NCBI GenBank assembly: GCA_964270895.1
Contig: OZ185444.1
Direction: 5' to 3' (one strand)
Origin: Podarcis filfolensis
Lineage: Eukaryota
Length of the DNA stretch: 64,000 nucleotides
Positions 12,427 to 25,579 of this stretch are shown piece by piece (position 1 is the stretch's first letter; the number at the start of each line of letters is the position of its first letter). Both the position numbers and the translations under genes were made by a program. The notes under the pieces are model-generated. The model searched no databases. It was not told where the DNA came from and was given only the letters and a program-made list of their open reading frames with translations.

Positions 12427-12526
12427 CTTCACTACCAGAGGAGTCCTGATTATCAGGTTCTGGCGATGAGAAGCCACTCTCCCCTTTCTTCGATTTTGCA
12501 GACCTCTTTATTTTTGCAACACTAAC
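12427..12526 (-). CDS. OSBPL8: OSBPL8 coding exon 21
   Basis: VSVAKIKRSAKSKKGESGFSSPEPDNQDSSGSE. TTGCAG / GTAAGT, 100 nt. Confidence 0.95.
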
Positions 12527-13238
12527 CTGCAATTCAGAAGACTTATCTGCTCAGTAACAAGACAGATAAAACACTTGCTGTGACAACCTGCTTTGATATT
12601 AGAAAGAGGGCAGTCTGTTCATCATTTTGACGAGGCATTGTGCTCTTTAGAGTGGTCTCTGTAAGGCTGGAGGGATTGACTCTGGTTGTTGTGAACGTTG
12701 TGGGGTGGAAGAAACATCTGACCATGTTATATGAGACTGTTTGAGGTATATGGAAGAAAGAGAGCCTCTGCTTCATAGAATTTGTGAACTGGGTACTGCT
12801 AATCTGTTCTTAAGGGCTGCTCTTTGAGACCAAAACCTCTGGGGCTTGGTGTTGGAGATTCTATGGATGTTTTTGAGAGATACAAGGATTTATAAAAGAC
12901 TGTAAATGAAGTGAAATAATACTGTTTCCAGTAATGGGGCCTTTCCTTTTGGCCTTGCAACACCATTAAACCCAGGAAAAAGGAGAAGAAATGAACAACC
13001 AGCTTTCATGTTTGAAATGCAAGGTAGGGATGGGAAGGAGTTATGCTGACTGTCATTTAGCTTCTTCAGTTCTGCTAACAGTGAACTTTCCTTGCTTATC
13101 ATCAGGTAAGAAGGAAGGATTTCATTAGAGTTTTAATCTCTCCAAGGCAACTGGCCATGAGACAAATATTGGACTCTGCATTCTAAAGGATAATCTACTG
13201 TTTTTTACTTGCCCACTTAATATCATACAAGAGCTTAC

Positions 13239-13326
13239 CATTGGTGTCCGATGTCTGACTTTTGTTTGGATAGCACAATCTTTTTCAAACTGTATCATAT
13301 CATTCAGTGGATCCCAAGGTCTTGTG
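13239..13326 (-). CDS. OSBPL8: OSBPL8 coding exon 20
   Basis: TRPWDPLNDMIQFEKDCAIQTKVRHRTPM, 88 nt. Confidence 0.97.
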
Positions 13327-13638
13327 CTGTGGGCAACAGAGAATGGACACAGTACAAGTTAAGTAAGTCTATTCAAAAAGAGAAAAAAATAATAATCCTG
13401 TTTCTTTTCAAAATGCAAGGTACTAGCATTTCATGAAGAAGATCAAGACTGGAATATGCATCTTGTCTGATCTGGAGGGTCATTTCATCTAAAGGAAAGC
13501 ATTATCTGATATATCTGCATGAAGGATCATATTACCAGTCAGACTATATACCACAGCCAAGTATGTAGTATGTGACAAGCTGTTTCAAAATTGTTTGCTA
13601 GTATCCCAAGTAGAAAGGGAAAGCAAACCAAAACTTAC

Positions 13639-13824
13639 TCTGCATATCTGTAGTTCCATTCCCCTGTGAGTGGATCTGGCTCAAACAGTTTGCATACCCA
13701 CTCTTCATCTGCAAGTTTCCTTTCTTTGGCAGCCTTTCTCTGTGCTTCTTCAAGAATACATTTCTCCTGAGTTGCTTCTGATTGGTCTTTGTTATTTATA
13801 GCTCGGGTCACGTGTTGCCAAAGT
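13639..13824 (-). CDS. OSBPL8: OSBPL8 coding exon 19 (ORD)
   Basis: LWQHVTRAINNKDQSEATQEKCILEEAQRKAAKERK...EWNYRYAD, 186 nt. Confidence 0.97.
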
Positions 13825-14107
13825 CTAGCACATACAAGTAATACAACTGTTAAGGATCAGACACTGGTCCAAATATATTCATTGCAAGTTTATTTCTGCT
13901 GTATCATCTGAACAAAACTTACAATTACCACATAAGCCTGATTTCAATTTGTTACCTATTTTAGAAATTATTTCTCCAATTTACTCCAACTCAAGTTCCT
14001 GTATTTTTTGCTGTACTATGTTTTTCACCCTCCACCCTTCCTGCTTCTAGCCATTAGATGCTTGCTATGTATTAATCTATAAGAAAACAGGTTTAATATG
14101 AACTTAC

Positions 14108-14244
14108 TTCTCTGACTCAAAGTCACCTTGCTCCTCAAACTTCACTGTGTATCTTCTCAATCTGCGCTGTCTGATCTCAGGTGTTGGATTCCAGAATGTC
14201 TCTGAAACATCTGTCTTTTTGTCCCTAATAATAACTTCACTGTC
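14108..14244 (-). CDS. OSBPL8: OSBPL8 coding exon 18 (ORD)
   Basis: DSEVIIRDKKTDVSETFWNPTPEIRQRRLRRYTVKFEEQGDFESEK, 137 nt. Confidence 0.97.
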
Positions 14245-14738
14245 CTGTAATGTTTAACATATTAGATTACTTTGTAGTCAAAGAGTAAACAATCTTACAA
14301 AGTCAATAAGAACAAAGACTTCCTTCAGAAAGTCACTTTTTGCAACCATGAGGTTTGTTCTGCCAGTTTGGCATACGTGGTTGGGGACAATTTAAAGTCA
14401 AATCTGAAAATAGATCTCTTATTTCAGCAAGAGGAACTTGATTTAAGGGAACCTGATTTACTTTCAGTCAGGTTTTGACCTCAGATGCAGTACTTCTGCA
14501 AAACTTTTTGCTACCAATGGAATCTAGAAAACAAAGAATCTGAGGTGGAAGTTCAAATTCTTGAAAGGCCTCTGAAAAGGTACAATAAATATTTGATCTG
14601 AACAGCAATTAGGGTAATCAAAGGGGGATTGGAGGGGGGAATGTGCTATTCTTAACAGCATTATGTACCAATAATTCAATGAATGTAAGAGAAATTTGAA
14701 AGGGCTACCCAACAATTGAAAATAAACATGCTACTCAC

Positions 14739-14828
14739 CCAGTGGCCTTCCAGAGTAGCTAGCACTTCTTTTCCAAGCTTAATTTTCCCCATTATCTGAT
14801 TAACACTGTCATTGCTGCCCAAAAATGG
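14739..14828 (-). CDS. OSBPL8: OSBPL8 coding exon 17 (ORD)
   Basis: PFLGSNDSVNQIMGKIKLGKEVLATLEGHW, 90 nt. Confidence 0.97.
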
Positions 14829-16071
14829 CTATTAAAGAAAAAAGATTACAGCTTGATAATGCTGTATAGAACTTTATAAGATAATGTCTCAGTTAACACA
14901 TTGCATTATGCCAATATTTTAAAACAAATGATGGGTTTAACGTAAAAGTTCCCATAGTGCTCCTTCCTTACACCTATTGTGCTGCAGATGAAGTAAGCCA
15001 AAGGGAGGCTTGCCATGTCTTCTGACCCAGGCACGTGGTTTGTTTATTCCCAAATCATGAGCGGAAACCAATATTTGTTCTACTGCTTGTGGTTTGTTTG
15101 GTGAGAAACCAAAAGCTCATGTTCAGAGGACACAACAAGTCAGATTCTGGCATGTTTGGTCTGCAGAAAATGACAGCAGTAGGAGAGAAGTTCTTTGGGA
15201 ACTTCTGAGCAGTGTGCACCAGCACGCTGCTCATTCACATCAATGTACTGTTTATTTAAAGTAGGTTTTGTGTGACAAGCAAATTAGGCTACTAAAAGCT
15301 GCTAAGAGGTTTCTGAAATGTCAGCCTAATGTATTTCAAAGATAATGTCTGTCATCATTCCCCCAGAACTAAGTAGAATCAAATACTGAACTCTTCTTTC
15401 ATTCCTTGAGAGATATCCGAAGAAAATTATCCACAAAGAAAAATTATGCTGGAAGTGCACAGAACACATCATGACTAGAGCAACTAATAACTATGGCACT
15501 ATATCTGAGCTACAGACGTATTAAATTTACTACTTTATTTTTATTTAAATCAGTGCTGGGGGGAATCTATGGCCTCTGGATGCTGTTGGACTACGATTCC
15601 CATAATCCCTAGTGTCCAACACCATTTGGGAGGCAGCAGGTTCCCCATCTCTGGGTAAAACGAATGGATTAATATAAAAGTCTTGTTTTTCTGCATAGTT
15701 TCTAAATAAATGTTATGAACTATTCTACTGATTAATAAATACAGCTAACTTTGGGTCAGATTTTTTTTTTAAATACAAAGAGTGATTTTTTTGTCCAAAA
15801 CTGTAATATGCTTAAGGTTGTGCGGTTTACTGAGAAATACGTCTCACTTAGTTCAATAGGTAAGTGTGAAAAGAATTACAAGGTACTGGAGGGTTTATTA
15901 TGATGATTATCACCATCACCACTAATATTCAAAGGTTGTTTCCAGCATTTCAAAAATAAACTAGGCCAGTAAAAGAGGTCTCATTTCCTCTGCAGAACCA
16001 AAAGAATGAATGCACTACTCTGTATTTTCTAACGCTAAATCCTCTTGTGCCTATAAACAGGTTTAACTAAC

Positions 16072-16169
16072 CTTTAGCTTGAATTCAAGTGCTGCACTGT
16101 ATCCAGTTTTTTCACATGTGATGCTAACAGTTCCTCCAAGCTCTAAAGTCATTGTGCCATACAGAATTC
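16072..16169 (-). CDS. OSBPL8: OSBPL8 coding exon 16 (ORD)
   Basis: GILYGTMTLELGGTVSITCEKTGYSAALEFKLK, 98 nt. Confidence 0.97.
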
Positions 16170-17318
16170 CTGTTAAGAAAGAACTCATTTTAATTCTAAT
16201 TCTGTTACAAAGTTACCTCCATTTTGTACTTCCATTTCTACCTAAGGTATAATGAAAGATGGTATATTAAAGCCCATGCCTTTTGTTACATTCCAAGAAA
16301 AAATAACTGACGGCAAGATGGATAACAAGAGGAAAAATCCACCAACATGGCTAATCCTTTTCTTTAAAAAGCCACTGTCTATCAAAGGCTCATAAGCCCT
16401 CAAGCAACAAACAAAGTCAGCAGAAATCTTCAGCTGGTTAAATTCAAAAATACTTAAATCCTCACCGGAAGACATTACTTATTGGAAGTAATTATTTAGA
16501 AGACACTATTTATTCTACTGCTTTATCTTCACTGCAGAAATTCAGATTGTTTATAAGTTCAAATATGCATAACTACTGTGTGATAACCAACAGCACCATA
16601 TACGGAGTAACTCTGCTGATTTTAATGAGTCTGCTCTGAGTGTGACCAATGTTTGCTATCATTCACTGTATGTAGCACTGTGTCCTTCATTGTCCTGTTC
16701 TTAGGTATACAGAGAACGCCCTCCAAATGTCCCAGTGCTGTGCAAAGCTCAGTATGACCTACAGCTATCAATTTCTCTCCCCTTGGAGACTCACAACCCT
16801 AATCTTCTTTTAGAAATGATGCAAACTATCTGTTCTTTCACAGAGAGGGCTCACTTTTGCATTGAGTAGGAGGGTTTTAGCATATTTTAAGTTCCATCTA
16901 TCATGTATACCCCATTATTCAATCTTACATGAAATAAAGGACACTGCTGAATGAAGAAGTGGCCTTTGTGCAGCACAACTAAATATTTATTGAAGGATTT
17001 TTGCAGACAGAATGTGTCTGCCAAATTAGGGAAGGACCAAATTCCCACAAAAAAATGATTTTTTGTGTGAAAATTGGGTCATACTCTAGTCCATGATTTC
17101 TCACGGGCCAAAACAAGCAACAGTTACTTTTTAGCAATCCTTTTTCTCCCTGAGTTATGGTTATGAGCAAAAGAAGAAACAGTAGTCATTTCTTCTCCAG
17201 TTTCTTCACTTAATCACACCTCCATACAAGTCGGCCCAGACTTTGTCTCATTCTCAAGCTACCTGTGCTTGCCAGAAGTAAGTACCGTAGGCTGGATTAG
17301 CCAAACTGGTATTTTTAC

Positions 17319-17417
17319 CTTTACAATGTGCATATGGCATGGTCATTACATATTCCTCTCCTCTGTTTAGGAACAGCAGCCGTCCTTCACCATCAAGAAT
17401 GGCAGATAATGAATTTC
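17319..17417 (-). CDS. OSBPL8: OSBPL8 coding exon 15 (ORD)
   Basis: GNSLSAILDGEGRLLFLNRGEEYVMTMPYAHCK, 99 nt. Confidence 0.97.
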
Positions 17418-17670
17418 CTGAAAGACAATAAAATGTTAAGATTCAAAGAAGCACATCCAGAGAGTGTACAAGACTAAATAGTGTCCTCACAGAAAATTCT
17501 GTAGACTAATATTAATTTAAAAGAACTATGGCACTCTTTTTTGTGGAGAGAAAGCTATTTCAATTCATTTTTATCACTGCATTCATCAAATTCTTATTAT
17601 TTAACACACTTTCATCATTAAAAATAGGCACATTTTTGTAGACACTGAAAAAACTAACCCAAGATCTTAC

Positions 17671-17767
17671 CATAAAATTTGGATTTGGCCAAGATATTAC
17701 CACTAAGGCAAAATCCATCCTTTCGATTGCTTACATAGAAGGCAGATATTGGAGGATGATGAGATAC
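17671..17767 (-). CDS. OSBPL8: OSBPL8 coding exon 14 (ORD signature)
   Basis: VSHHPPISAFYVSNRKDGFCLSGNILAKSKFY, 97 nt. Completes the EQVSHHPP fingerprint. Confidence 0.98.
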
Positions 17768-18497
17768 CTGTTGAAAGCAACATAATTCAATATAAGCAGG
17801 TGAGTTGCTCTGAAAATCTGTGGCAACAAGCAAAGGGTGCAGAAAAATTATTTTTTGGAATCCTAATCACTAGGCAAGTGGATGTAATTTACCAAATTTG
17901 CAGCTACACACCAAGTATTATTGAAGATACTTGTGCAAAAACATGACATCAACATAATTAAACTAACGAACTAACCAGAAACCTGCAGTAGTTATGACTG
18001 CTGATAACTGGCTTATTGTTAAAGAGAAAGTAATAGTTACAAATGAGTCAAACTGAGATACACATGTACATACCTCACTATTGCATTTCAGGCACCAGTT
18101 TTACTACTAGACAGAGCCACCATCTTTTCTTAAAAATTACTTATTATTTTGCCCTTAAATTAGCATTCCACTCATAAACTCTAGTCTGTTGTGGAGAACC
18201 CATCAAACTTGAGATACTCAAACATATATCCCAAAAGAATATTTACACATGGGCTAGAAAATTTGAGAACTGTAACATGTTATTCTTAATTAAGGTGGGA
18301 AGTACAAACAAGTCATATCCAAATATAGAGAACCGTTCTCAAACTTCACAAGTCAGTTCTCAAGTGAGTTGATTGCGCATGTCCTGCATATAGACACATA
18401 TATCACCACAACGCTTGCCTTCAGATTATCAAACTTTGTGAAACAAGTTTATGGGTTTCAAAACATCACCTAGCGTATCAGAAAGAACCTCAAATTT

Positions 18498-18952
18498 TGT
18501 TAGAATTCCCGGCTCCATGATTGCAGTCATGGGATTTTTGTCTTTCACATGACAGTATATGTTTTGACTCCACAGAGTGGGAAGTGACGGAGACAGGATG
18601 TTTGTGTTACTGTGTTCCATGAAGTGGGACTATTGCCCTTTGTTCTTTTTCTCTTTGTTGTCTGATGCTAGAGAGAGAGGGAGCCATGTTGCAGTCCTCC
18701 GTGTGTGTTGATATGTAAATAAAGTAGATTAGCCAACATGCTAAGTTGCTGAGGTCTGTCACACGCATGATGCGCAAACTCTGCGGATCCCTAAGTGCGC
18801 TGGTTGGCATCGGTCGCTGTGATGTTCGGGCAGAAGAAAGCTTTTGAAGCTCCCGAACGATCGACCAGGAGGGAGGGAACATGCCAGTCGGGCATGTGTC
18901 TCTGCCAGGGTCCTACTCGAGTGTAGGCTGAACTCCTGACAACTCCTCAACA
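18498..18952 (+). mobile_element. Solo LTR (probable)
   Basis: 455-bp CpG-retaining block with TGTT...AACA termini and an internal AATAAA (~18718). No internal retroviral ORF. No clean TSD seen. Confidence 0.6.
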
Positions 18953-19458
18953 AAGACTTAGGATGATGTTGGCTAAGAGATTCCTGCTGACATTTGAAGG
19001 AGATCTCCACAGTGTCACATGGAGTATTTTGGAATCAATGCCATCAGCAATGGAATCTGTCTAATCTGTGCAGTTAAGATTCTTTTGGAAAATATGTTTA
19101 ATGTATATCCCAAGTCTTATGGGTCTTCCACCCTAAAAATTGCAGTCCTGTACACCTTTGTATGAAAGATTTATATGATCTGAAGAGAAACCAGTCACTT
19201 GTCCTTTTGGTGTTTCCTTCAACATAGGAAAGAGCCCTAGGCCTAAAATAGTAAGAACCGTAATCTAACCAATATCCCTAAAACAGGAAAGGAAAGAAGG
19301 AAAAATGAAACATGCTAAAATAGAAGTGTTATGGTTCTATTATGCCAAGCTCTCCTCTGGTCATCTTCATTTATTTGATGACACTGTAAAGAAATACAAA
19401 ACTTGAAGAAATGCTGTTAGTTATAAAATAATAATAATTGTTACATCTTTGGCAATAC

Positions 19459-19557
19459 CTGTTCAGCTATATAGTAAGTCTTGCTATTTGTTCTTGGATG
19501 AACCCACAAGCAACGGAAGGTCTCACCAAGGATAGGGTTGTAGGGTTTTTTAAGTCC
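19459..19557 (-). CDS. OSBPL8: OSBPL8 coding exon 13 (ORD)
   Basis: GLKKPYNPILGETFRCLWVHPRTNSKTYYIAEQ, 99 nt. Confidence 0.98.
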
Positions 19558-19904
19558 CTGAAAAGAGAGACAATTTTTGCTAAGAAAATACATTCCAACT
19601 GTAAAAAGAAGGGCCTAATAGTTTTCAATTCGTAAGTATTTAAAGGAAAGCCCTATGGTGACATTCTCTCTCAGGATAAGCTAAGGTAAATTTCATATTT
19701 GTAGGGCATATAGAGGCACAGCAACTATGGAAATGTATTTCTGTGACTCACATTACATTTTATTAAACCAGTCCAGTAGTCAAATCACTAGAGAACGCTG
19801 CCTGCCAACTTTGCACTGTAGTACCGCAGTGCTCACATCAAAAGCAGAAGAGACAGCACTGTGTGTTTATTTGACCAAATACTAGTTAAGTATTTGATTG
19901 ACTG

Positions 19905-20105
19905 CATTTTTAATCCACATTTCCTCCAAGGAGCTCGAAGTGGTATGCATGGTCCCTCTCCCCATATTATTATCACAACATCCCTGTGAGGTAGGTTAGG
20001 CAAAGACACTGTGGCTGGCCCAAGGTCACCAGTGAGCTTCATGGCTGAGTGGAGCTTTGAATCCTGGTCTCCCATGTCTCATTTCAACACAGTGCCATGC
20101 CAACT
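19905..20105 (-). mobile_element. Squamate tRNA-derived SINE
   Basis: Reverse complement contains GGGAGACCAGGATTCAAAGCTCCACTCAGCCATGAAGCTCACTGGTGACCTTGGGCCAG...CCTAACCTACCTCACAGGG, a CORE/Squam-type SINE body. Confidence 0.7.
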
Positions 20106-20855
20106 CTCCATATGGCATGTATTTCACAGGGACCTTTGCCATAGCTGCTATTTGGTGTCTGAGGAGTCAGTCAACCAGACATAGAGATGACTGATTACGA
20201 GTGTTTAGGGAGAAAAAATAATGTGCAAAAAGTATGCCTTTCTTAACACAGAGGACTATATGTACTGATTGCTGTATATTAGTTGTGCTAGCAGAATGGT
20301 TTGTGCAGGAGGATAGAAAGCCAGGATGGTTCTCGAAGGTAGTTGTGCAACAGACTGCTGAAGCCCTGATACTTTTTGATGTACAACTTGCTGCACAACA
20401 AGCTACTGCTAACACAACTATTGTGCTAGATTTTACACTGCACAACCATTATTCTCACCCTTAAGCTCCCACAAGAGCTGTCACTATTTTGGGGCTGAGG
20501 GTAAAACTGACCAACGGCCCACCCTCCAGAAGCCACATGGCATAGTGAGCCAAAAGTGTTTATGGTCACAGAAGACCTTTATAATTAAATTAAAATTTTA
20601 ATTCAGGAAGGTGAAGAGTGGCAGAAAAGGGCCCTCTTTAACCCACCCTGCCTGCTACAGATATAACCAACAAACACCATGATTAAAGCCACCACCCTAC
20701 CATCCTACAGGCTTATTATACTAGTATCCAGAAATATCCTTCATGAGTATATAGGCAAATTTTGATCTGCACCAAAGTGTATGGGGGTGGGGGCAAGGAA
20801 AAAGAGTGAAAGGGGAAGGGATCTGCTACCATAAAAAGTGTTTGGAAAGTGTTAC

Positions 20856-20937
20856 CTTTGGCTTTTTGTAGAATCCTGACAAATACCATTTCACAACTTG
20901 TTTCATACGATTGTAAGCATTCTCTTCAAGGGCAGCT
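20856..20937 (-). CDS. OSBPL8: OSBPL8 coding exon 12
   Basis: AALEENAYNRMKQVVKWYLSGFYKKPK, 82 nt. Confidence 0.97.
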
Positions 20938-21662
20938 CTAGAAAACAAGATTTGTTAGGCAAATCTAAGTACTTTTTTGGACACAGTCTTTATTTTAATT
21001 AAATAACAATGTACAATAAAATTTGAAACTATTAACATGTGAATAGAGTAAAAAGCAGATCTTGTCTGCACACAATATAGAGCAGTGTACAAAAGTGTGA
21101 ATAAGAACTAATTCAAATGCAAGATGGAAATACAATTAAAGCCAGTAAATATATATAACAAGGCAGAAGACAAAACAAATTAAAACTAAAAAAAATATCT
21201 CGTGTACAAACTAGAAATAATAACAACGCTAAAATGCCTGAGCAAATAAGAAAGCCTTCTCAAAACACTGAAAAACTTGCTGTTTGAAGTCCTTTAGAAA
21301 GAAATTCTAAAGTCAGGGCAAAGTCTAGAGCATAAAAGGCCCTCTACCTTGTAAAAACCATAATGAACCCCTAACTAAAGGCAGTACTTGGATCAGCACC
21401 TTTCTTGCTGCTCTCAAGACGTGGGCAGGTTGGTGTGGGAACAGACACTCCTTCAGATACATGAATCCCAAGGTGCTTAGGACTTTAAAGGTAAGCCCCA
21501 CAAAAGAAGGGAAAATTCCAGGGGCTAGAAGTATGATTTATTGCAGGCCTGACATGTTTTACAACTTATTAAGAAAGCAATGTTAAAAAATGCTTCTGAA
21601 AACAAAATACTGAGCGGATACATCAAGTTAGTTTTTATTGTAGAGGAATGAAATCAACTCAC

Positions 21663-21847
21663 TCAGATAAGAAGTCTGCATGATAGTAGTAATCAGAGAG
21701 TTTATCCAAGAAAGAACGAGTTTCCAAAATAAACGTGGGCAGCACCACCTTGGAGAGGTCCATTCCTGGGCGGACTTGTTTTAGTAATGTCCATATCAAG
21801 CTTTTGTTCTCTTCTGATACTGTTTCTGTTTGGGAAGCTTCTCCTGC
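21663..21847 (-). CDS. OSBPL8: OSBPL8 coding exon 11 (ORD lid/start)
   Basis: [62 protein letters not shown], 185 nt. Confidence 0.98.
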
Positions 21848-22773
21848 CTTCAACAACAACAAAGCAGAATAGAACATAAACATGATACTAATTGAAAGAG
21901 CACATTTGCAGAAGGTATTTGGTTTCAGTCACTGTGGTTCAAAACTGCCATTGCCTTCTCTATGACGTGGGGTGAATTCATATTTATTTTGCATTGGTCA
22001 GAGCCCATGTTTGTTAGTAAACTTGCTTTACCCACCCATCAAAAATACATAATGCTGCAGAGGACAACTTAAGAGAAAGCACTCCAATTGACTCAACTTT
22101 GGGCAATTTATTCCTAAGCAGTTTTGCTTTTTTAAATTAAAACCCGGAGCCTGCAACCCTGAATGAGCAAGGGCCAAAATATAACATGTGAAGCAATTCA
22201 CATGCTGCACTTGGGAAACGTAAACTATTTTTTAAAAAACACCGAACAGCTATTTATCAAACCAAGGCTAGATAACCTGCAACACACTACAACTTCCAAC
22301 TCAACCATGAGATTCAAAATTTCTGTTTCACCTTGATTAATGCCCTTGGGCATGTCCTCGCTGCTGTTATCCGTTGTCAATCTAGAATAATCTCTGTTTA
22401 CCTTTGGGTCGGTTCAGGTGAATGGCTGGCTCTTAGTGTTTTGATTTGTCAAGTTATTTCTAAATCTGCATCAACTTTAGCCAGCCATAGTCCCTTGGCC
22501 AAATCCTACCAGTTTCTTTTGCTTTTTATGGTGGCCTCTTATGCTTAGATATGCTTTAAAAATTAAGCAACCAAAGCAATTAATCTACCAATGGTCTGAA
22601 AATTGACCTACAGCTAGAGGGACATTAGACAAGAAAGTGTGTGTTAAAAAGGCAAAGGAAACCATTTTGCAATTCAAATGTTGCCAAACTGACTGCCTTT
22701 CCAAGGTACAATTTTAGTTTCAAAACCTTAAAACCAAAACATTACTACTGCATAAAAACACTTTTTTTTTAAC

Positions 22774-22999
22774 CTCTCCAAGCTCTTCATGAACTTCTTC
22801 CAAATACGTTGTTTCCTTGATATGATCAGGTTCAGGGTCAATGTACGAGTCATCCTGCCGCTCAGATGTGTCAGTGTCACTTTCTCCCAAGCCATCATTA
22901 TCCGATTCATCGCGATCATGATCATTTTCCCTATCTGATTTATCAGAATACAGATCTGGATCTTTGAAGTGATGCCTTTCCATTTCACTATCATTTAGC
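22774..22999 (-). CDS. OSBPL8: OSBPL8 coding exon 10 (acidic linker)
   Basis: LNDSEMERHHFKDPDLYSDKSD...ETTYLEEVHEELGE, 226 nt. Confidence 0.97.
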
Positions 23000-23878
23000 C
23001 TAAAAAAAGAAGAGATAGGTTTCAATCCTTTATACAATTTAGCAACTCAACTCACCTTATGGCTTTTGAGTGGTCAGTTCAGTAAACATTAGGCACAATA
23101 AAGTCAAATTTAAGCACTTTTCAGTCTCACTTAATGGAAAAATTAAAAGCATATTTAAATGAGTGGGACATAGGAACACTTACATCTGGCTGGGATCTAT
23201 CCTAAGTTTTAATTTATGCAACTTCAATTCCTAACCTTTTTTCATATGGTTTTACCTCTGTTTATACTATAGCATCAATACTTTATCACTAACCAAGTAA
23301 CTATGCTTAGAAAAAGAACTGCAATTACTACAGCTTAGACTGCAATTGTATGTTTTTCCTTAGGTTTTATAACAGACCTTACCCCATAGACTCAGAGAAA
23401 CAATCCATACTTTCCATTTTAGCTGTTTAAAATACATTTACACATACACAGGTAGTGATCAAATTAAGAATGTATTAAGCTTGCCAATTAAAATTGTAGA
23501 TAACATTTTAGTATTAAAATATATGGCTTTTCTTGCAAAATACATCAATATGAGTTAATACAGAAATGTTTGTACAGCTACAACACTGTAAATAAAGAAA
23601 TCATTGCAATAATTTATCTTTGAATTGAGTGCTACAGTCACAGTGTGGGGTCTTTGAGCAGTTCAAGCCACTGGTAAGTACCAGCATTGTGACTCACAGC
23701 TAACTCAACCAATCACCGCTCTGTAGTTTGTTGCTCCTGCAGTTGTATTGAGTGACTGAAACATAACAAGTGAGCTGAAGAGGAGTAGTAGGTGTGTGGC
23801 AATAGTTTCTATTTGTAGCTGTTTCATAACTTCTGGCAAAACAATAGCAAACCAGTTCCATATCATAATGAATGTTTA

Positions 23879-24200
23879 CTACAGGTGCAAACCCTATTCC
23901 AGAACTGGTGGTACTCAGCTATTTAAATGTCTTTGGGAGGGAGAAGATTACAAGCAGCTCCCCATTTATGCACGTTCAATATGTGTCCAACTGTGTATAT
24001 GGAAGTGTATATGGAACTATGTATATGGAAGTGACCAGGAAACATCATAAAGACATCACTGAAATTTCACTAAAAAAGCAGGGCAGGGGGCAGAATGGGG
24101 TGTTTGCAGGCTTTTCCAATGGCTTTCAAATATACACGATTTCACCAACGTGTGTGATGCCTCGGAACGTAACCCCTGTGTAAACTGGGGGCTACCTGTA
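23879..24200. mobile_element. Tc1/mariner (Tigger-like) MITE remnant
   Basis: Ends TACAGGT...ACCTGTA with TA dinucleotides. Contains an internal (GTATATGGAA)x3 repeat. Confidence 0.45.
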
Positions 24201-25226
24201 TAGCCTCAAGGTATGGTGGAAATGGCCAGGAAATTCTATTTCCTAGGTCCCTCTACAAGTCAGCTCTATAATATTGATAATTGGGGGTTTTTGGGGTTTT
24301 TTTTAAAGGAAATCATTATTGTGTTAGCAGGGAACAGTAAAAAAGAATTGTAACATTGGTGAAGGGTGCAGGGCCGGAGGCGGCTTTTAAGTCATTCATT
24401 TGCCCATTTACCTTGTCTACATGGACCCTCTAGCAGTGTTAGAAACTGAGATATGGAAGCACCTTAAACCTGGCTTATGGGCGCAACAACGGAATGTCTA
24501 GGCACATTTTTAAAAAATTAAAATACAAAGCTGAAAATGAATGAACTGCAGCTAAAATATTGTGTTCATTTTTCACATGGTCTTGTCCTTCCCCTGCCCC
24601 TAATATTCTTAAGAGGATCTCTTCTCCAGTCTTCAGAGGGTAGCTGGAAGTGGGCCCTCCTTTCCTATCACTCTGCAGTTTTAATCCGAAATCTTAGGCG
24701 CAGTACTGCACCCAGAGCTCAGAAACTGCTTGCGCATTAATGAACTTCCCCGTCACAAAATGTGCCCAGAACAATGGGAGTTGCGAACACTGCCCTCTAG
24801 GATAGGTCTTCACCAGCCTATGAGAAGAATATGAGGCGGGTGTAAAAGAAAAAGGGAAGGATGAAAACGTCTCTTCCCTCCATCTTATGTCCTTCCACAA
24901 CCATAAACTAGCACATATATGAACACAATTGCATCCTTAAGCATATCTGTACTCAACAGGTTAACATGTGAATATATAAAGAAACTAAAAAGTTACTTTT
25001 AGATACCATTATTTTCATACAATGTGCCTTTTGTGTGCTTATTTAAAAATTCTAGTGATATTTTCAGTAAGTATGGCAAGCAGCAGTTTTGCCAAGACAG
25101 TGAAAAAAGTAACCAATAAAAGAAAACATTGGAAAACTATTTAAACGACAGTAAGAATTTAACCTTGGAATAGGCTTCATGACCCCCCCCCCACCACAAT
25201 AAAGGCTGTAAATCTGAACAACTTAC

Positions 25227-25395
25227 GGGAAGCTTTCACTACTATGCACGTTGTTTGCACGTAGCAGACCATAGAAAGACACGTGTGCACCATCTGTTAA
25301 GGTCACTTCATGCTCTTTACCTTCTCTAATCATTGTGCGCTTGAGCAAACCTGAACACTTCAAAGCCAGCTCCAATGCATCCATCCAACACCTAC
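25227..25395 (-). CDS. OSBPL8: OSBPL8 coding exon 9 (end of PH domain)
   Basis: GRCWMDALELALKCSGLLKRTMIREGKEHEVTLTDGAHVSFYGLLRANNVHSSESF, 169 nt. Confidence 0.97.
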
Positions 25396-25579
25396 CTAAA
25401 AATACATATTTTGGTTAGTATAATACCCCATGTAATTGAGTACACCATTTGAACAGTATGCTAGATCTGCATTTCATATGGATGTACCTTTAAAGCACAG
25501 AACTAGGATTTTGTATCTGACCTCTTAAGACCAGAAATGATTATCTGTGCTCTTTCAACACATAGCCAGATTCCAACTA

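Noticed and set aside
12543-13102. Two minus-strand ORFs between exons 20 and 21 as extra OSBPL8 exons
   Set aside because: Exons 20 and 21 already join in phase, and the candidate acceptor I tested (CATTTACAG) hits stops in all three frames.
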